The notes under the pieces: generated by a model
Seen by the model: only the letters and a program-made list of their open reading frames with translations
Told to the model about the DNA's origin: nothing
The model's database searches: none
In this document: piece by piece, positions 41,694-53,600 of the stretch
Position numbering within the stretch: the first letter of the stretch is position 1
Layout: every line of letters begins with the position of its first letter
NCBI GenBank assembly: GCA_009914755.4
Contig: CP068257.2
Span: 64,001 to 128,000 of the forward strand
DNA length: 64,000 nt
Direction: 5' to 3'
Source of the DNA: the human T2T-CHM13v2.0 reference genome, Homo sapiens
Translations under genes and position numbers: made by a program

Positions 41694-42856
41694 TTTCAAA
41701 CTCAGAAAGTGAGAGACCAATGTTTGGTTCAAATCATGGTTCTCAACCCAGGTGCCATAAGGTCAGGATAAAGAATTTGATGACGTATTGTAAATAAGAC
41801 ATGCAGCGGAGGACCAGAAAAATCGTTCTCAACATACGTGTGGCTTCGAGTTCAACGGTGACGCTATCTACAGTGACATAGCATTAGATTCCAAAGGGCC
41901 GAGTCCCGCAAGACTGGCCTCCCACACTAATAATAATGGGAAGCGCTACGTTGCTTTACCTGTGCTTCTCAGCAACTGGCTATAAATCAGGTTTCCACCA
42001 CTCCCAGTTTTAGTTGCATTCATTTGCTGGAAGAGCTCACAGCACGCAGGGAAACACTGACATTTCCCATTTTTTGTATTTTAGCAGATATTGCAAAAAC
42101 TTCAGAAAAAACTTTTGGGCCCGGCATGTGGGGAGGGGCTCACTGCCTTCCAGGAAGTGTTATCCAGAAGCTCTCTAAACCCAGTCCTTTTGGGTTTTTA
42201 TGGAGACCTCATTCTATAGGCATGATGGGTTAAACCATAGGCTATTGGTGATCAACTCAACCTGGGGCTCTCAACCCTCCCTGGAAATTGGGGTTGAGGC
42301 TTTGCCATTCTCAGTCTGAGTAAAAGAATTTACGCAAACGGAATTTTAAAACAGATTAGCATATCTGGAAACTTAACTAGATGACGGAATTATCTGGAGC
42401 CACACCTTGATATTCCTAACCCGAGCACCCTCATCCAAAGAATGCTCCACCCAACTGGCTCCCAAGTCTCTACGGGGTTCCAGAGCAAAAGAATGTTTAT
42501 ACAGCGCATATCTCCACCTTTTCTTCAAAGTCTTTTCGCTTACACGGAAAGACTTCTTCAACTGCCATGCATCAGGGTCAGGGGGAGGTCTTGTTACAAC
42601 ACAGATCTGCGGATCTCCGGGGCTTGATTGTGGCAAGGATGCTGCTGGTGTCAAAACCACAACGTGGGAACCACAGAACCACTAGTTGGTTTTCAGTGTT
42701 TCAGTGCATACAATTCCTAATATATCTGGCCAAGAAAACTTGTAAGTTCTTAGATTGTCCGAAAGGTGGCGCATGAAATCAAATAAGGAGAACAGTTTCC
42801 TACGAGGTGTAGCCTGGGAACCTTGGGGGTGACTGATGGAAAGGAGGAGTGAAGCT

Positions 42857-42925
42857 CCGCCCTTTCCGCTGCGAGGCTGCGCCCGAGGCTATTTAAACCC
42901 ACCCTGGCTGGCCTGTACTCAGATC
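42857..42925 (+). promoter_or_regulatory. Predicted core promoter of copy 7
   Basis: TATTTAAA 42890-42897; Inr A at 42921. Confidence 0.55.
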
Positions 42926-43044
42926 TTCGCAGAGCGGAGCAGCGGCCGGAGCGTTTGGCGGACTCTGCGTGGACTTGGAGCTCACAGCGTCTTGCGACTT
43001 GGAAGCGGATTCAGAGGACAGGACAGAACACTTGGGCAAGTGAA

Positions 43045-43179
43045 TCTCTGTCTGTCTGTCTGTCTCATTGGTTGGTTTATTTCCATTTTCTTAAGGAGCA
43101 CATACCTCACACCACACACACACAAACACACACACACACACGCACGCACTCACGCACACACACACGCACACACACACAC
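43045..43179. repeat. Leader compound microsatellite, copy 7 (short TCTG run)
   Basis: Direct reading. Confidence 0.95.
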
Positions 43180-43240
43180 TAATTCATTCTGCGGGTTAGG
43201 AAATTAGTAGGGGTCTCTGGGAGCTGCAGGTTTCCTAATC

Positions 43241-46200
43241 ATGTCTGCACCTAAGAACACTAGGGTCTTGTCTGGCTCTTCTTATGAACGGTCCCCCAGC
43301 CCGGACTCCCCAAGATCCATGCTAGCCTCACCCAGCTTCTCCCTCTCCCCTCTCAGAAACTCAGACTTAAGAGGAAGCTCCTCACCAGGGATCCGGAGCT
43401 ACCATTCACCATCCCCTAGGGCTTCACCACACTCACCTCTGTCATCACCAGTATCCCACAATCTCCCATTTCCCTGTCCTATCCGTGATGGACAATCCAT
43501 GAAGCCATTGGGCTCTCCCGTGTCCTCCTCTGAGGATTCTACAGAGTCACCACGTTCATCAGTAATATACCACATGTTCCTACTGCCATCACCCAGCAGC
43601 TCACCCCCAGCTCTCTGGGAGTCTCCTGGGTCTCCCAGCTACTCTCCAAACAACCCCAGATTTCAGCTGGAGTCAGCCCCCCACACCCAGGAATCACCTG
43701 CAAACTCACGAGCCTCACGGTGCTCCTCCCCTATGTCTTTCATCTCTTCACCCCCAGGCCTCAGGGACTCTCCTGTGGCTCCCAGTTACTCTCAAGCCAT
43801 CCCCATGTTCCTGCGGGAGTCAGCCCCATGCACTCAGGAGTCCCCCAGAGACTCACAGGTCTCGGGAGAATATGAGCGCTCCCCCAGCCCTGACTCCTCA
43901 AGATTCATGCCTGCCTCACCCAGCATCTACCTCTCCCCTCCCAGGAACTCAGACCCAAGGGGCAGCTCCTCACAAGGGATGTGGAAGTACTCTACATCAT
44001 CCCGCAGGGCTTCACCACTCTCACATCCGTCATCGGCAGAATTCCACAACTTTACATTTCCCTTTCCTAACCAAGCAGGACAATCACTCATGTCATTGTG
44101 TTCTCCCGTGTCCTCCTCTGGAGATTCCTCACAGTCACCCCATTCATCAATAATATACCATATGTTCTTACTGCCATCATCCAGCAGCTCACCCCCAGCC
44201 ACCAATGACTCTCCTGTCTGTCCCAGCTACTCTCCAACTACGCCCAGATTTCAGCGGGCGTCGGTATCCAACACCCCAGAAACACCTACAAACTCACAGA
44301 CCTCAGTGAGATCCTCGCCAGTCTCTCTCACGTCTTCACCCCCAGGCCTTACGGACCCTCCGGTCTCTCCCAGCTACTATCCAACCACGCGCACATTTCA
44401 GCGCGGGTCAGATCCAGGAACCCAGGGAGCACCACCAAGCCCACCACTTTCACTGTGTTACTCCCCAGTCTCAAGCACGTCTTTATCTCCAACCCTCAGG
44501 GACTCTCCTGTCTGTCCCAGCTATTCTCCAACCACGCCCACGTTTCAGCGGGAGTCCGTTGCAGGCAACCAGCAATCACCAGCAAACTCACCAATTTCAC
44601 TGCGTTACTCCCCAGTCTCTCTCATGTCTTCACCAGCCCTGAGGGACTCTCCCGTCTGTCCCAGCTACTCTGCAACCACACCCACATTTCAGCTGGAGTC
44701 CGTTCGAGGCTCCCCGGAGTCACCACCAATCTCACCAATTACACTCAATTACTCTCCAGTCTCTCTCATGTCTTCACCAGCCCTGAGGGACTCTCCCGTC
44801 AGTCCCAGCTACTCTCCAACCACCCCCAGATTTCAGCTGCAAGCAGTTCCTTGCTCCCCGGAATCAACACCAAACTCACCAATTTCACTCAATTACTCTC
44901 CAGTCTCTCTCATGTCTTCACCAGCCCTCAGGGACTCTCCCATCTGTCCCAGCTACTCTCCAACCACGCCCAGATTTCAGCTGGAAGCAGTTCCTTGCAC
45001 CCAGGAATCACCGCCAAACTCACCAATTTCACTCAATTACTCCCCAGTCTCTCTCATGTCTTCACCATCCCTCAGGGACTCTCCCGTCTGTCTCAGCTAC
45101 TCTCCAACCACGCCCACATTTCAGCTGGAGTACCTTCGAGGCACCCCGGAGTCACCACCAAACTCACCAATTTCACTCAATTACTCTCCAGTCTCTCTCA
45201 TGTCTTCACCAGCCCTCAGGGACTCTCCCGACTGTCCCAGCTACTCTCCAACAACGTCCAGATTTCAGCTGGAAGCAGTTCCTTGCTCCCCAGAATCAAC
45301 ACCAAACTCACCAATTTCACTCAATTACTCTCCAGTCTCTCTCATGTCTTCACCAGCCATCAGGGACTCTCCCGTCTGTCCCAGCTACTCTCCAACCACG
45401 CCCACATGTCAGCTGGAGTCCGTTCGAGACACCCCGGAGTCACCACCAAACTCACCAATTTCACTCAATTACACTCCAGTCTCTCTCATGTCTTCACCAG
45501 CCATCAGGGACTCTCCCGTCTGTCCCAGCTACTCTCCAAAGACGCCCACATTTCAGCTGGAGTCTGTTCCAGGCACACTGGAGTCACCACCAAACTCACC
45601 AATTTCACTCAATTACTCTCCAGTCTCTCTCATGTCTTCACCAGCCCTCAGGGACCCTCCTGTCTGTCCCAGCTACTCTCCAACCACCCCCAGATTTCAG
45701 CTGGCGTCAGTTCCAGGCACCCCGGAGTCACCACCAAACTCACCAGTTTCACTGAGTTACTCCCCGGTCTCTCTCATGTCTTCACCGCCAGCCCTCAGGG
45801 ACTCTCCTGTGTGTCCCAGCTACTCTCCAACCACGCCCACATTTCAGCTGGAGTCAGTTCCAGGCACCCCGGAGTCACCACCAAACTCACCAATTTCACT
45901 CAATTACTCTCCAGTCTCTCTCATGTCTTCACCAGCCCTCAGGGACTCTCCTGTCTGTCCCAGCTACTCTCCAACCACGCCCAGATTTCAGCTGGAAGCA
46001 GTTCCTTGCACCCCAGAATCACCTCCAAACTCACCAATTTCACTCAATTACTCTCTAGTCTCTCTCATGTCTTCACCAGTCCTCAGGGACCCTCCTGTCT
46101 GTCCCAGCTACTCTCCAACCACACCCAGATTTCAGTTGGAGTCAGTTCCAGGCACCGCGGAGTCACCACCAAACTCACCAGTTTCACTGAGTTACTCCCC

Positions 46201-47374
46201 GTTCTCTCTCATGTCTTCACCGCCAGCCCTCAGGGACTCTCCTGTTTGTCCCCGCTACTCTCCAACCACGCCCACATTCCAGCTGGAGTCACTTGCAGGC
46301 ACCCAGGAATTACCTACAAACTCAGCAGTTTCACTGAGTTACTCCCCAGTCTCTCTCATGTCTTCACCCCCAGCCCCCTGGGACTCTCCTGTCTGTCCCA
46401 GCTCCTCTCCCACCACGCCCAGATTTCAGAGGGAGTCAGCCCCCCACACTCCGGAATCACCTACAGACTCACAGACTTCACGGAGGTCCTCCCTGGTCTC
46501 TCTCAGGTCTTTGCCCTCAGCCCACAGGGACTCTTGTGTCTCTTTCAGCTACTCTCGAAACTTCTCTAGATTCCAGCTGGACTCAGTTCCAGGCACCCAC
46601 GACACACCACCAAACTCACGAATTTCACTGACTTACTCCCCAGTCTCTCTCATGTTCTCACCCCCAGCCCTCAGGGACTCTTCTGTCTCTCTCAGCTACT
46701 CTCCAGCCATCTCCACATCACACCTGGGGTCAGCTTCCCACACCCAGGAATCACCTACAAACTCACGGACCTTACTGCAACCCTCCCCCATTTCTTTCAC
46801 CTCTTCACCCCCTGCTTTCAGGGACTCTCCTGTGTCTCCCAGCTTCTCTCCAGCCTTCCCCAGATTTCTGCCACAGTCAGCCCCAGGCACCCAGGGTTAC
46901 CCTGGACACTCACAGGCCTCACGAGACTATTTCCCAATGACTTGTATCTATAGAGGGATGGCTCCCATACTTCCCTCAGTGACCTCAAACCCATCTCCAC
47001 TTACACTCAGACACTCCCAGGGCCTGACAGCTACTCCCCGTTATTGTCCTTCAGCTCGAAGCCCTGGCCCATCTACTAGCCAACATGATGCAGCTACCTG
47101 GCCATGTCTCCACATTTCTGGGGAGGGCCCCACACCCAGCCGCAGAAGAGCCCCTCCTGCATTCCGTCCTCACACACAGGCCTGTCCATCCACTTGCTAC
47201 TGTCACCCTCTTGCCAGCAGAAGAGGCCCCTGTAATGGCCGATATCACCGCCCAGTCTATCCTCACCCCACAGCTGTGCAGCGGGACCCTCCTGCTGGCC
47301 CACGTGGCTGCCACAGCCCATGCTGGCACGACGCTCCAGCATGTCGGCGTCCCTGCGGGCCACGCTACCGCTGA
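43241..47374 (+). CDS. Ser/Pro-rich tandem-repeat protein, 1377 aa (type B, copy 7)
   Basis: Intact 4134-nt ORF, equal to type A plus 384 codons (8 x 48). Confidence 0.6.
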   Translation: MSAPKNTRVLSGSSYERSPSPDSPRSMLASPSFSLSPLRNSDLRGSSSPGIRSYHSPSPRASPHSPLSSPVSHNLPFPCPIRDGQSMKPLGSPVSSSEDSTESPRSSVIYHMFLLPSPSSSPPALWESPGSPSYSPNNPRFQLESAPHTQESPANSRASRCSSPMSFISSPPGLRDSPVAPSYSQAIPMFLRESAPCTQESPRDSQVSGEYERSPSPDSSRFMPASPSIYLSPPRNSDPRGSSSQGMWKYSTSSRRASPLSHPSSAEFHNFTFPFPNQAGQSLMSLCSPVSSSGDSSQSPHSSIIYHMFLLPSSSSSPPATNDSPVCPSYSPTTPRFQRASVSNTPETPTNSQTSVRSSPVSLTSSPPGLTDPPVSPSYYPTTRTFQRGSDPGTQGAPPSPPLSLCYSPVSSTSLSPTLRDSPVCPSYSPTTPTFQRESVAGNQQSPANSPISLRYSPVSLMSSPALRDSPVCPSYSATTPTFQLESVRGSPESPPISPITLNYSPVSLMSSPALRDSPVSPSYSPTTPRFQLQAVPCSPESTPNSPISLNYSPVSLMSSPALRDSPICPSYSPTTPRFQLEAVPCTQESPPNSPISLNYSPVSLMSSPSLRDSPVCLSYSPTTPTFQLEYLRGTPESPPNSPISLNYSPVSLMSSPALRDSPDCPSYSPTTSRFQLEAVPCSPESTPNSPISLNYSPVSLMSSPAIRDSPVCPSYSPTTPTCQLESVRDTPESPPNSPISLNYTPVSLMSSPAIRDSPVCPSYSPKTPTFQLESVPGTLESPPNSPISLNYSPVSLMSSPALRDPPVCPSYSPTTPRFQLASVPGTPESPPNSPVSLSYSPVSLMSSPPALRDSPVCPSYSPTTPTFQLESVPGTPESPPNSPISLNYSPVSLMSSPALRDSPVCPSYSPTTPRFQLEAVPCTPESPPNSPISLNYSLVSLMSSPVLRDPPVCPSYSPTTPRFQLESVPGTAESPPNSPVSLSYSPFSLMSSPPALRDSPVCPRYSPTTPTFQLESLAGTQELPTNSAVSLSYSPVSLMSSPPAPWDSPVCPSSSPTTPRFQRESAPHTPESPTDSQTSRRSSLVSLRSLPSAHRDSCVSFSYSRNFSRFQLDSVPGTHDTPPNSRISLTYSPVSLMFSPPALRDSSVSLSYSPAISTSHLGSASHTQESPTNSRTLLQPSPISFTSSPPAFRDSPVSPSFSPAFPRFLPQSAPGTQGYPGHSQASRDYFPMTCIYRGMAPILPSVTSNPSPLTLRHSQGLTATPRYCPSARSPGPSTSQHDAATWPCLHISGEGPTPSRRRAPPAFRPHTQACPSTCYCHPLASRRGPCNGRYHRPVYPHPTAVQRDPPAGPRGCHSPCWHDAPACRRPCGPRYR
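44207..46930 (+). repeat. 144-bp coding minisatellite, ~19 repeats (copy 7)
   Basis: Same structure as copy 6. Confidence 0.9.
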
Positions 47375-47600
47375 CATGGCTAGCATCACCCTCCTTCCTG
47401 GCAGTGACACTGCTGATTTGAACCCCAGTTTCACAGCTGTCATTTGTAAATAGGACCATTTTCCCTTTTCTCTCTCCCTTCCATTCACAGGGCTTCTCAT
47501 TCCCTCTGTTTCTGCCTCCGTTTCAGAGATTTACTCACCTTTTTCTCTCTCACTATGTCTGCCGTGGTCTCCATAAGAGTGTGCCACATAAAATTGCCCC

Positions 47601-47647
47601 ATTAAAAGTCATGAATTGAGTGGATTTTAGTATACCTGTGGTTGTGC
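47601..47647 (+). terminator. Predicted poly(A) signal of copy 7
   Basis: ATTAAA 47601-47606. Confidence 0.5.
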
Positions 47648-47933
47648 ACATTCAATTTTAATTCGCAATCCATTTTAGAAGGTTTTATCACCCCCGACCA
47701 GAGAAACACCCTGTGGACAATAGTCACTCCTCATTCTGTCTCAAACCCTCTCCCTGACCCTCAGCCCTAGGTAACAACTGCATAGAGCGATCAACCCCAT
47801 ATGCATAGATTTCCATATTGTGGACAGTTCCTATAAACGGAATTGCACAATACGTGAGCTTTTGTGACTGACATAACACTTTTAGCACAATATTTTCAAG
47901 ATTCATCCACATTGCAGCCTTACCCACAGGGGG
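47624..47933 (-). mobile_element. Antisense L1-like segment, type B (after copy 7)
   Basis: Repeat of 40188-40497 at +7436. Confidence 0.5.
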
Positions 47934-47966
47934 AAACCGCATTTTGTGGTTTCAGTAACACCGGGT

Positions 47967-48063
47967 GTTTTCTCCTTCCTTCCGTCTTTCCTTCCTTCCT
48001 TCCTTCCTTCCTTCCTTCCTTCCTTCCTTCCTCCCTTCCTCCCTTCCTTCCTCCCTTCCTCCC
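47967..48063. repeat. (TTCC)n tract, type B
   Basis: Direct reading. Confidence 0.95.
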
Positions 48064-48794
48064 ATTTCTCTCTTATTCCTTCTGCCCTCTCTCTTTCATA
48101 TGCCTTAGGTGCATCCTACGTCCTGCGTCTTTTTGGGGAATCCTCGACAGGTGCTGGAAAATTGTGTTATTGTAATTATTTACCGGTATCTCTCTTTCAT
48201 GGTTCTCCATCAGTTGTAAGCATCTATTGGTTTATCCCAGGTCACTAAGTATATTTTAATTAGCTACACCTGTTTTTCTTTATACACCTGTTTCTGGAGT
48301 ATAGGGTCGCATACTCATAAACCCAGTGTAACTCAGAAACGCATCTAATATTCCAATAGACCCATCATAACGTTGAAAAATCATAAATCAAACCAACTTA
48401 AGTCACGATTTGGCGCTGGATATGGGCTCCATCAATTCCATTGTATTCAATAATGCTGTACACCATTAACAATGGCAGACTGATTGGGCGTGGATGTGGA
48501 TAACATTATAAAAATCAGTTATTAGAGGGATACTTTAACCTGACGGAAGAGCTGATCTAATGGTATTAGTACAGTGATGATTATGTGAGATGTTTTGAGA
48601 CAGAGTAGTACATTTGTGTATGAGATTCTGTGGCTTTTTTCACTTAGTAGGAACCTTTGTGTGTGGAAAACTGAGAAAATTGCTTTGTGCTGTAGAGTCT
48701 GGCATTCGTTGTAGATTAAAGCTTATTTTTCTGGATGTAAATCTTATTCAATAAAATACTACTCTTTATAATAAAAAACAAAGACACTGGTGAT

Positions 48795-49129
48795 GTGAAG
48801 TCATTATCCTCAGCAAACTAATCCAGGAACAGAAAACCAAACGCCACATTCTCACTTATAATGGGAGCTGAAAAATGGGATCACGTGGACACAGGAAGGG
48901 GAACAACACACACTGGGGCCTTTCGGGAGGCAGAGCGTTAAGAAAAACAGCTACCGCATGCTGGGCTTAATACCTAGGTGATGGGTTGACAGGTGCAGCA
49001 AACCACCGTGGCACACGTTTACCTTAGTAACAAATCTGCACAGCCTGCCCATATATTCCAGAACTTAGAAACGAAACGAAAGCAAAGAAAACGAGAAAGC
49101 GATAGCAAAACGCTAACGGCGAAACAGAG
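48795..49129 (+). mobile_element. Same truncated L1 3' end (unit 8)
   Basis: Copy at +7436. Confidence 0.85.
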
Positions 49130-50292
49130 TTTCAAACTCAGAAAGTGAGAGACCAATGTTTGGTTCAAATCATGGTTCTCAACCCAGGTGCCATAAGGTC
49201 AGGATAAAGAATTTGATGACGTATTGTAAATAAGACATGCAGCGGAGGACCAGAAAAATCGTTCTCAACATACGTGTGGCTTCGAGTTCAACGGTGACGC
49301 TATCTACAGTGACATAGCATTAGATTCCAAAGGGCCGAGTCCCGCAAGACTGGCCTCCCACACTAATAATAATGGGAAGCGCTACGTTGCTTTCCCTGTG
49401 CTTCTCAGCAACTGGCTATAAATCAGGTTTCCACCACTCCCAGTTTTAGTTGCATTCATTTGCTGGAAGAGCTCACAGCACGCAGGGAAACACTGACATT
49501 TCCCATTTTTTGTATTTTAGCAGATATTGCAAAAACTTCAGAAAAAACTTTTGGGCCCGGCATGTGGGGAGGGGCTCACTGCCTTCCAGGAAGTGTTATC
49601 CAGAAGCTCTCTAAACCCAGTCCTTTTGGGTTTTTATGGAGACCTCATTCTATAGGCATGATGGGTTAAACCATAGGCTATTGGTGATCAACTCAACCTG
49701 GGGCTCTCAACCCTCCCTGGAAATTGGGGTTGAGGCTTTGCCATTCTCAGTCTGAGTAAAAGAATTTACGCAAACGGAATTTTAAAACAGATTAGCATAT
49801 CTGGAAACTTAACTAGATGACGGAATTATCTGGAGCCACACCTTGATATTCCTAACCCGAGCACCCTCATCCAAAGAATGCTCCACCCAACTGGCTCCCA
49901 AGTCTCTACGGGGTTCCAGAGCAAAAGAATGTTTATACAGCGCATATCTCCACCTTTTCTTCAAAGTCTTTTCGCTTACACGGAAAGACTTCTTCAACTG
50001 CCATGCATCAGGGTCAGGGGGAGGTCTTGTTACAACACAGATCTGCGGATCTCCGGGGCTTGATTGTGGCAAGGATGCTGCTGGTGTCAAAACCACAACG
50101 TGGGAACCACAGAACCACTAGTTGGTTTTCAGTGTTTCAGTGCATACAATTCCTAATATATCTGGCCAAGAAAACTTGTAAGTTCTTAGATTGTCCCAAA
50201 GGTGGCGCATGAAATCAAATCAGGAGAACAGTTTCCTACGAGGTGTAGCCTGGGAACCTTGGGGGTGACTGATGGAAAGGAGGAGTGAAGCT

Positions 50293-50361
50293 CCGCCCTT
50301 TCCGCTGCGAGGCTGCGCCCGAGGCTATTTAAACCCACCCTGGCTGGCCTGTACTCAGATC
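50293..50361 (+). promoter_or_regulatory. Predicted core promoter of copy 8
   Basis: TATTTAAA 50326-50333; Inr A at 50357. Confidence 0.55.
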
Positions 50362-50480
50362 TTCGCAGAGCGGAGCAGCGGCCGGAGCGTTTGGCGGACT
50401 CTGCGTGGACTTGGAGCTCACAGCGTCTTGCGACTTGGAAGCGGATTCAGAGGACAGGACAGAACACTTGGGCAAGTGAA

Positions 50481-50615
50481 TCTCTGTCTGTCTGTCTGTC
50501 TCATTGGTTGGTTTATTTCCATTTTCTTAAGGAGCACATACCTCACACCACACACACACAAACACACACACACACACGCACGCACTCACGCACACACACA
50601 CGCACACACACACAC
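50481..50615. repeat. Leader compound microsatellite, copy 8
   Basis: Direct reading. Confidence 0.95.
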
Positions 50616-50676
50616 TAATTCATTCTGCGGGTTAGGAAATTAGTAGGGGTCTCTGGGAGCTGCAGGTTTCCTAATC

Positions 50677-53600
50677 ATGTCTGCACCTAAGAACACTAGG
50701 GTCTTGTCTGGCTCTTCTTATGAACGGTCCCCCAGCCCGGACTCCCCAAGATCCATGCTAGCCTCACCCAGCTTCTCCCTCTCCCCTCTCAGAAACTCAG
50801 ACTTAAGAGGAAGCTCCTCACCAGGGATCCGGAGCTACCATTCACCATCCCCTAGGGCTTCACCACACTCACCTCTGTCATCACCAGTATCCCACAATCT
50901 CCCATTTCCCTGTCCTATCCGTGATGGACAATCCATGAAGCCATTGGGCTCTCCCGTGTCCTCCTCTGAGGATTCTACAGAGTCACCACGTTCATCAGTA
51001 ATATACCACATGTTCCTACTGCCATCACCCAGCAGCTCACCCCCAGCTCTCTGGGAGTCTCCTGGGTCTCCCAGCTACTCTCCAAACAACCCCAGATTTC
51101 AGCTGGAGTCAGCCCCCCACACCCAGGAATCACCTGCAAACTCACGAGCCTCACGGTGCTCCTCCCCTATGTCTTTCATCTCTTCACCCCCAGGCCTCAG
51201 GGACTCTCCTGTGGCTCCCAGTTACTCTCAAGCCATCCCCATGTTCCTGCGGGAGTCAGCCCCATGCACTCAGGAGTCCCCCAGAGACTCACAGGTCTCG
51301 GGAGAATATGAGCGCTCCCCCAGCCCTGACTCCTCAAGATTCATGCCTGCCTCACCCAGCATCTACCTCTCCCCTCCCAGGAACTCAGACCCAAGGGGCA
51401 GCTCCTCACAAGGGATGTGGAAGTACTCTACATCATCCCGCAGGGCTTCACCACTCTCACATCCGTCATCGGCAGAATTCCACAACTTTACATTTCCCTT
51501 TCCTAACCAAGCAGGACAATCACTCATGTCATTGTGTTCTCCCGTGTCCTCCTCTGGAGATTCCTCACAGTCACCCCATTCATCAATAATATACCATATG
51601 TTCTTACTGCCATCATCCAGCAGCTCACCCCCAGCCACCAATGACTCTCCTGTCTGTCCCAGCTACTCTCCAACTACGCCCAGATTTCAGCGGGCGTCGG
51701 TATCCAACACCCCAGAAACACCTACAAACTCACAGACCTCAGTGAGATCCTCGCCAGTCTCTCTCACGTCTTCACCCCCAGGCCTTACGGACCCTCCAGT
51801 CTCTCCCAGCTACTATCCAACCACGCGCACATTTCAGCGCGGGTCAGATCCAGGAACCCAGGGAGCACCACCAAGCCCACCACTTTCACTGTGTTACTCC
51901 CCAGTCTCAAGCACGTCTTTATCTCCAACCCTCAGGGACTCTCCTGTCTGTCCCAGCTATTCTCCAACCACGCCCACGTTTCAGCGGGAGTCCGTTGCAG
52001 GCAACCAGCAATCACCAGCAAACTCACCAATTACACTGCGTTACTCCCCAGTCTCTCTCATGTCTTCACCAGCCCTGAGGGACTCTCCCGTCTGTCCCAG
52101 CTACTCTGCAACCACACCCACATTTCAGCTGGAGTCCGTTCGAGGCTCCCCGGAGTCACCACCAATCTCACCAATTACACTCAATTACTCTCCAGTCTCT
52201 CTCATGTCTTCACCAGCCCTCAGGGACTCTCCCGTCTGTCCCAGCTACTCTCCAACCACCCCCAGATTTCAGCTGCAAGCAGTTCCTTGCTCCCCGGAAT
52301 CAACACCAAACTCACCAATTTCACTCAATTACTCTCCAGTCTCTCTCATGTCTTCACCAGCCCTCAGGGACTCTCCCATCTGTCCCAGCTACTCTCCAAC
52401 CACGCCCAGATTTCAGCTGGAAGCAGTTCCTTGCACCCAGGAATCACCGCCAAACTCACCAATTTCACTCAATTACTCCCCAGTCTCTCTCATGTCTTCA
52501 CCATCCCTCAGGGACTCTCCCGTCTGTCTCAGCTACTCTCCAACCACGCCCACATTTCAGCTGGAGTACCTTCGAGGCACCCCGGAGTCACCACCAAACT
52601 CACCAATTTCACTCAATTACTCTCCAGTCTCTCTCATGTCTTCACCAGCCCTCAGGGACTCTCCCGACTGTCCCAGCTACTCTCCAACAACGTCCAGATT
52701 TCAGCTGGAAGCAGTTCCTTGCTCCCCAGAATCAACACCAAACTCACCAATTTCACTCAATTACTCTCCAGTCTCTCTCATGTCTTCACCAGCCATCAGG
52801 GACTCTCCCGTCTGTCCCAGCTACTCTCCAACCACGCCCACATGTCAGCTGGAGTCCGTTCGAGACACCCCGGAGTCACCACCAAACTCACCAATTTCAC
52901 TCAATTACACTCCAGTGTCTCTCATGTCTTCACCAGCCATCAGGGACTCTCCCGTCTGTCCCAGCTACTCTCCAAAGACGCCCACATTTCAGCTGGAGTC
53001 TGTTCCAGGCACACTGGAGTCACCACCAAACTCACCAATTTCACTCAATTACTCTCCAGTCTCTCTCATGTCTTCACCAGCCCTCAGGGACCCTCCTGTC
53101 TGTCCCAGCTACTCTCCAACCACCCCCAGATTTCAGCTGGCGTCAGTTCCAGGCACCCCGGAGTCACCACCAAACTCACCAGTTTCACTGAGTTACTCCC
53201 CGGTCTCTCTCATGTCTTCACCGCCAGCCCTCAGGGACTCTCCTGTGTGTCCCAGCTACTCTCCAACCACGCCCACATTTCAGCTGGAGTCAGTTCCAGG
53301 CACCCCGGAGTCACCACCAAACTCACCAATTTCACTCAATTACTCTCCAGTCTCTCTCATGTCTTCACCAGCCCTCAGGGACTCTCCTGTCTGTCCCAGC
53401 TACTCTCCAACCACGCCCAGATTTCAGCTGGAAGCAGTTCCTTGCACCCCAGAATCACCTCCAAACTCACCAATTTCACTCAATTACTCTCTAGTCTCTC
53501 TCATGTCTTCACCAGTCCTCAGGGACCCTCCTGTCTGTCCCAGCTACTCTCCAACCACACCCAGATTTCAGTTGGAGTCAGTTCCAGGCACCGCGGAGTC

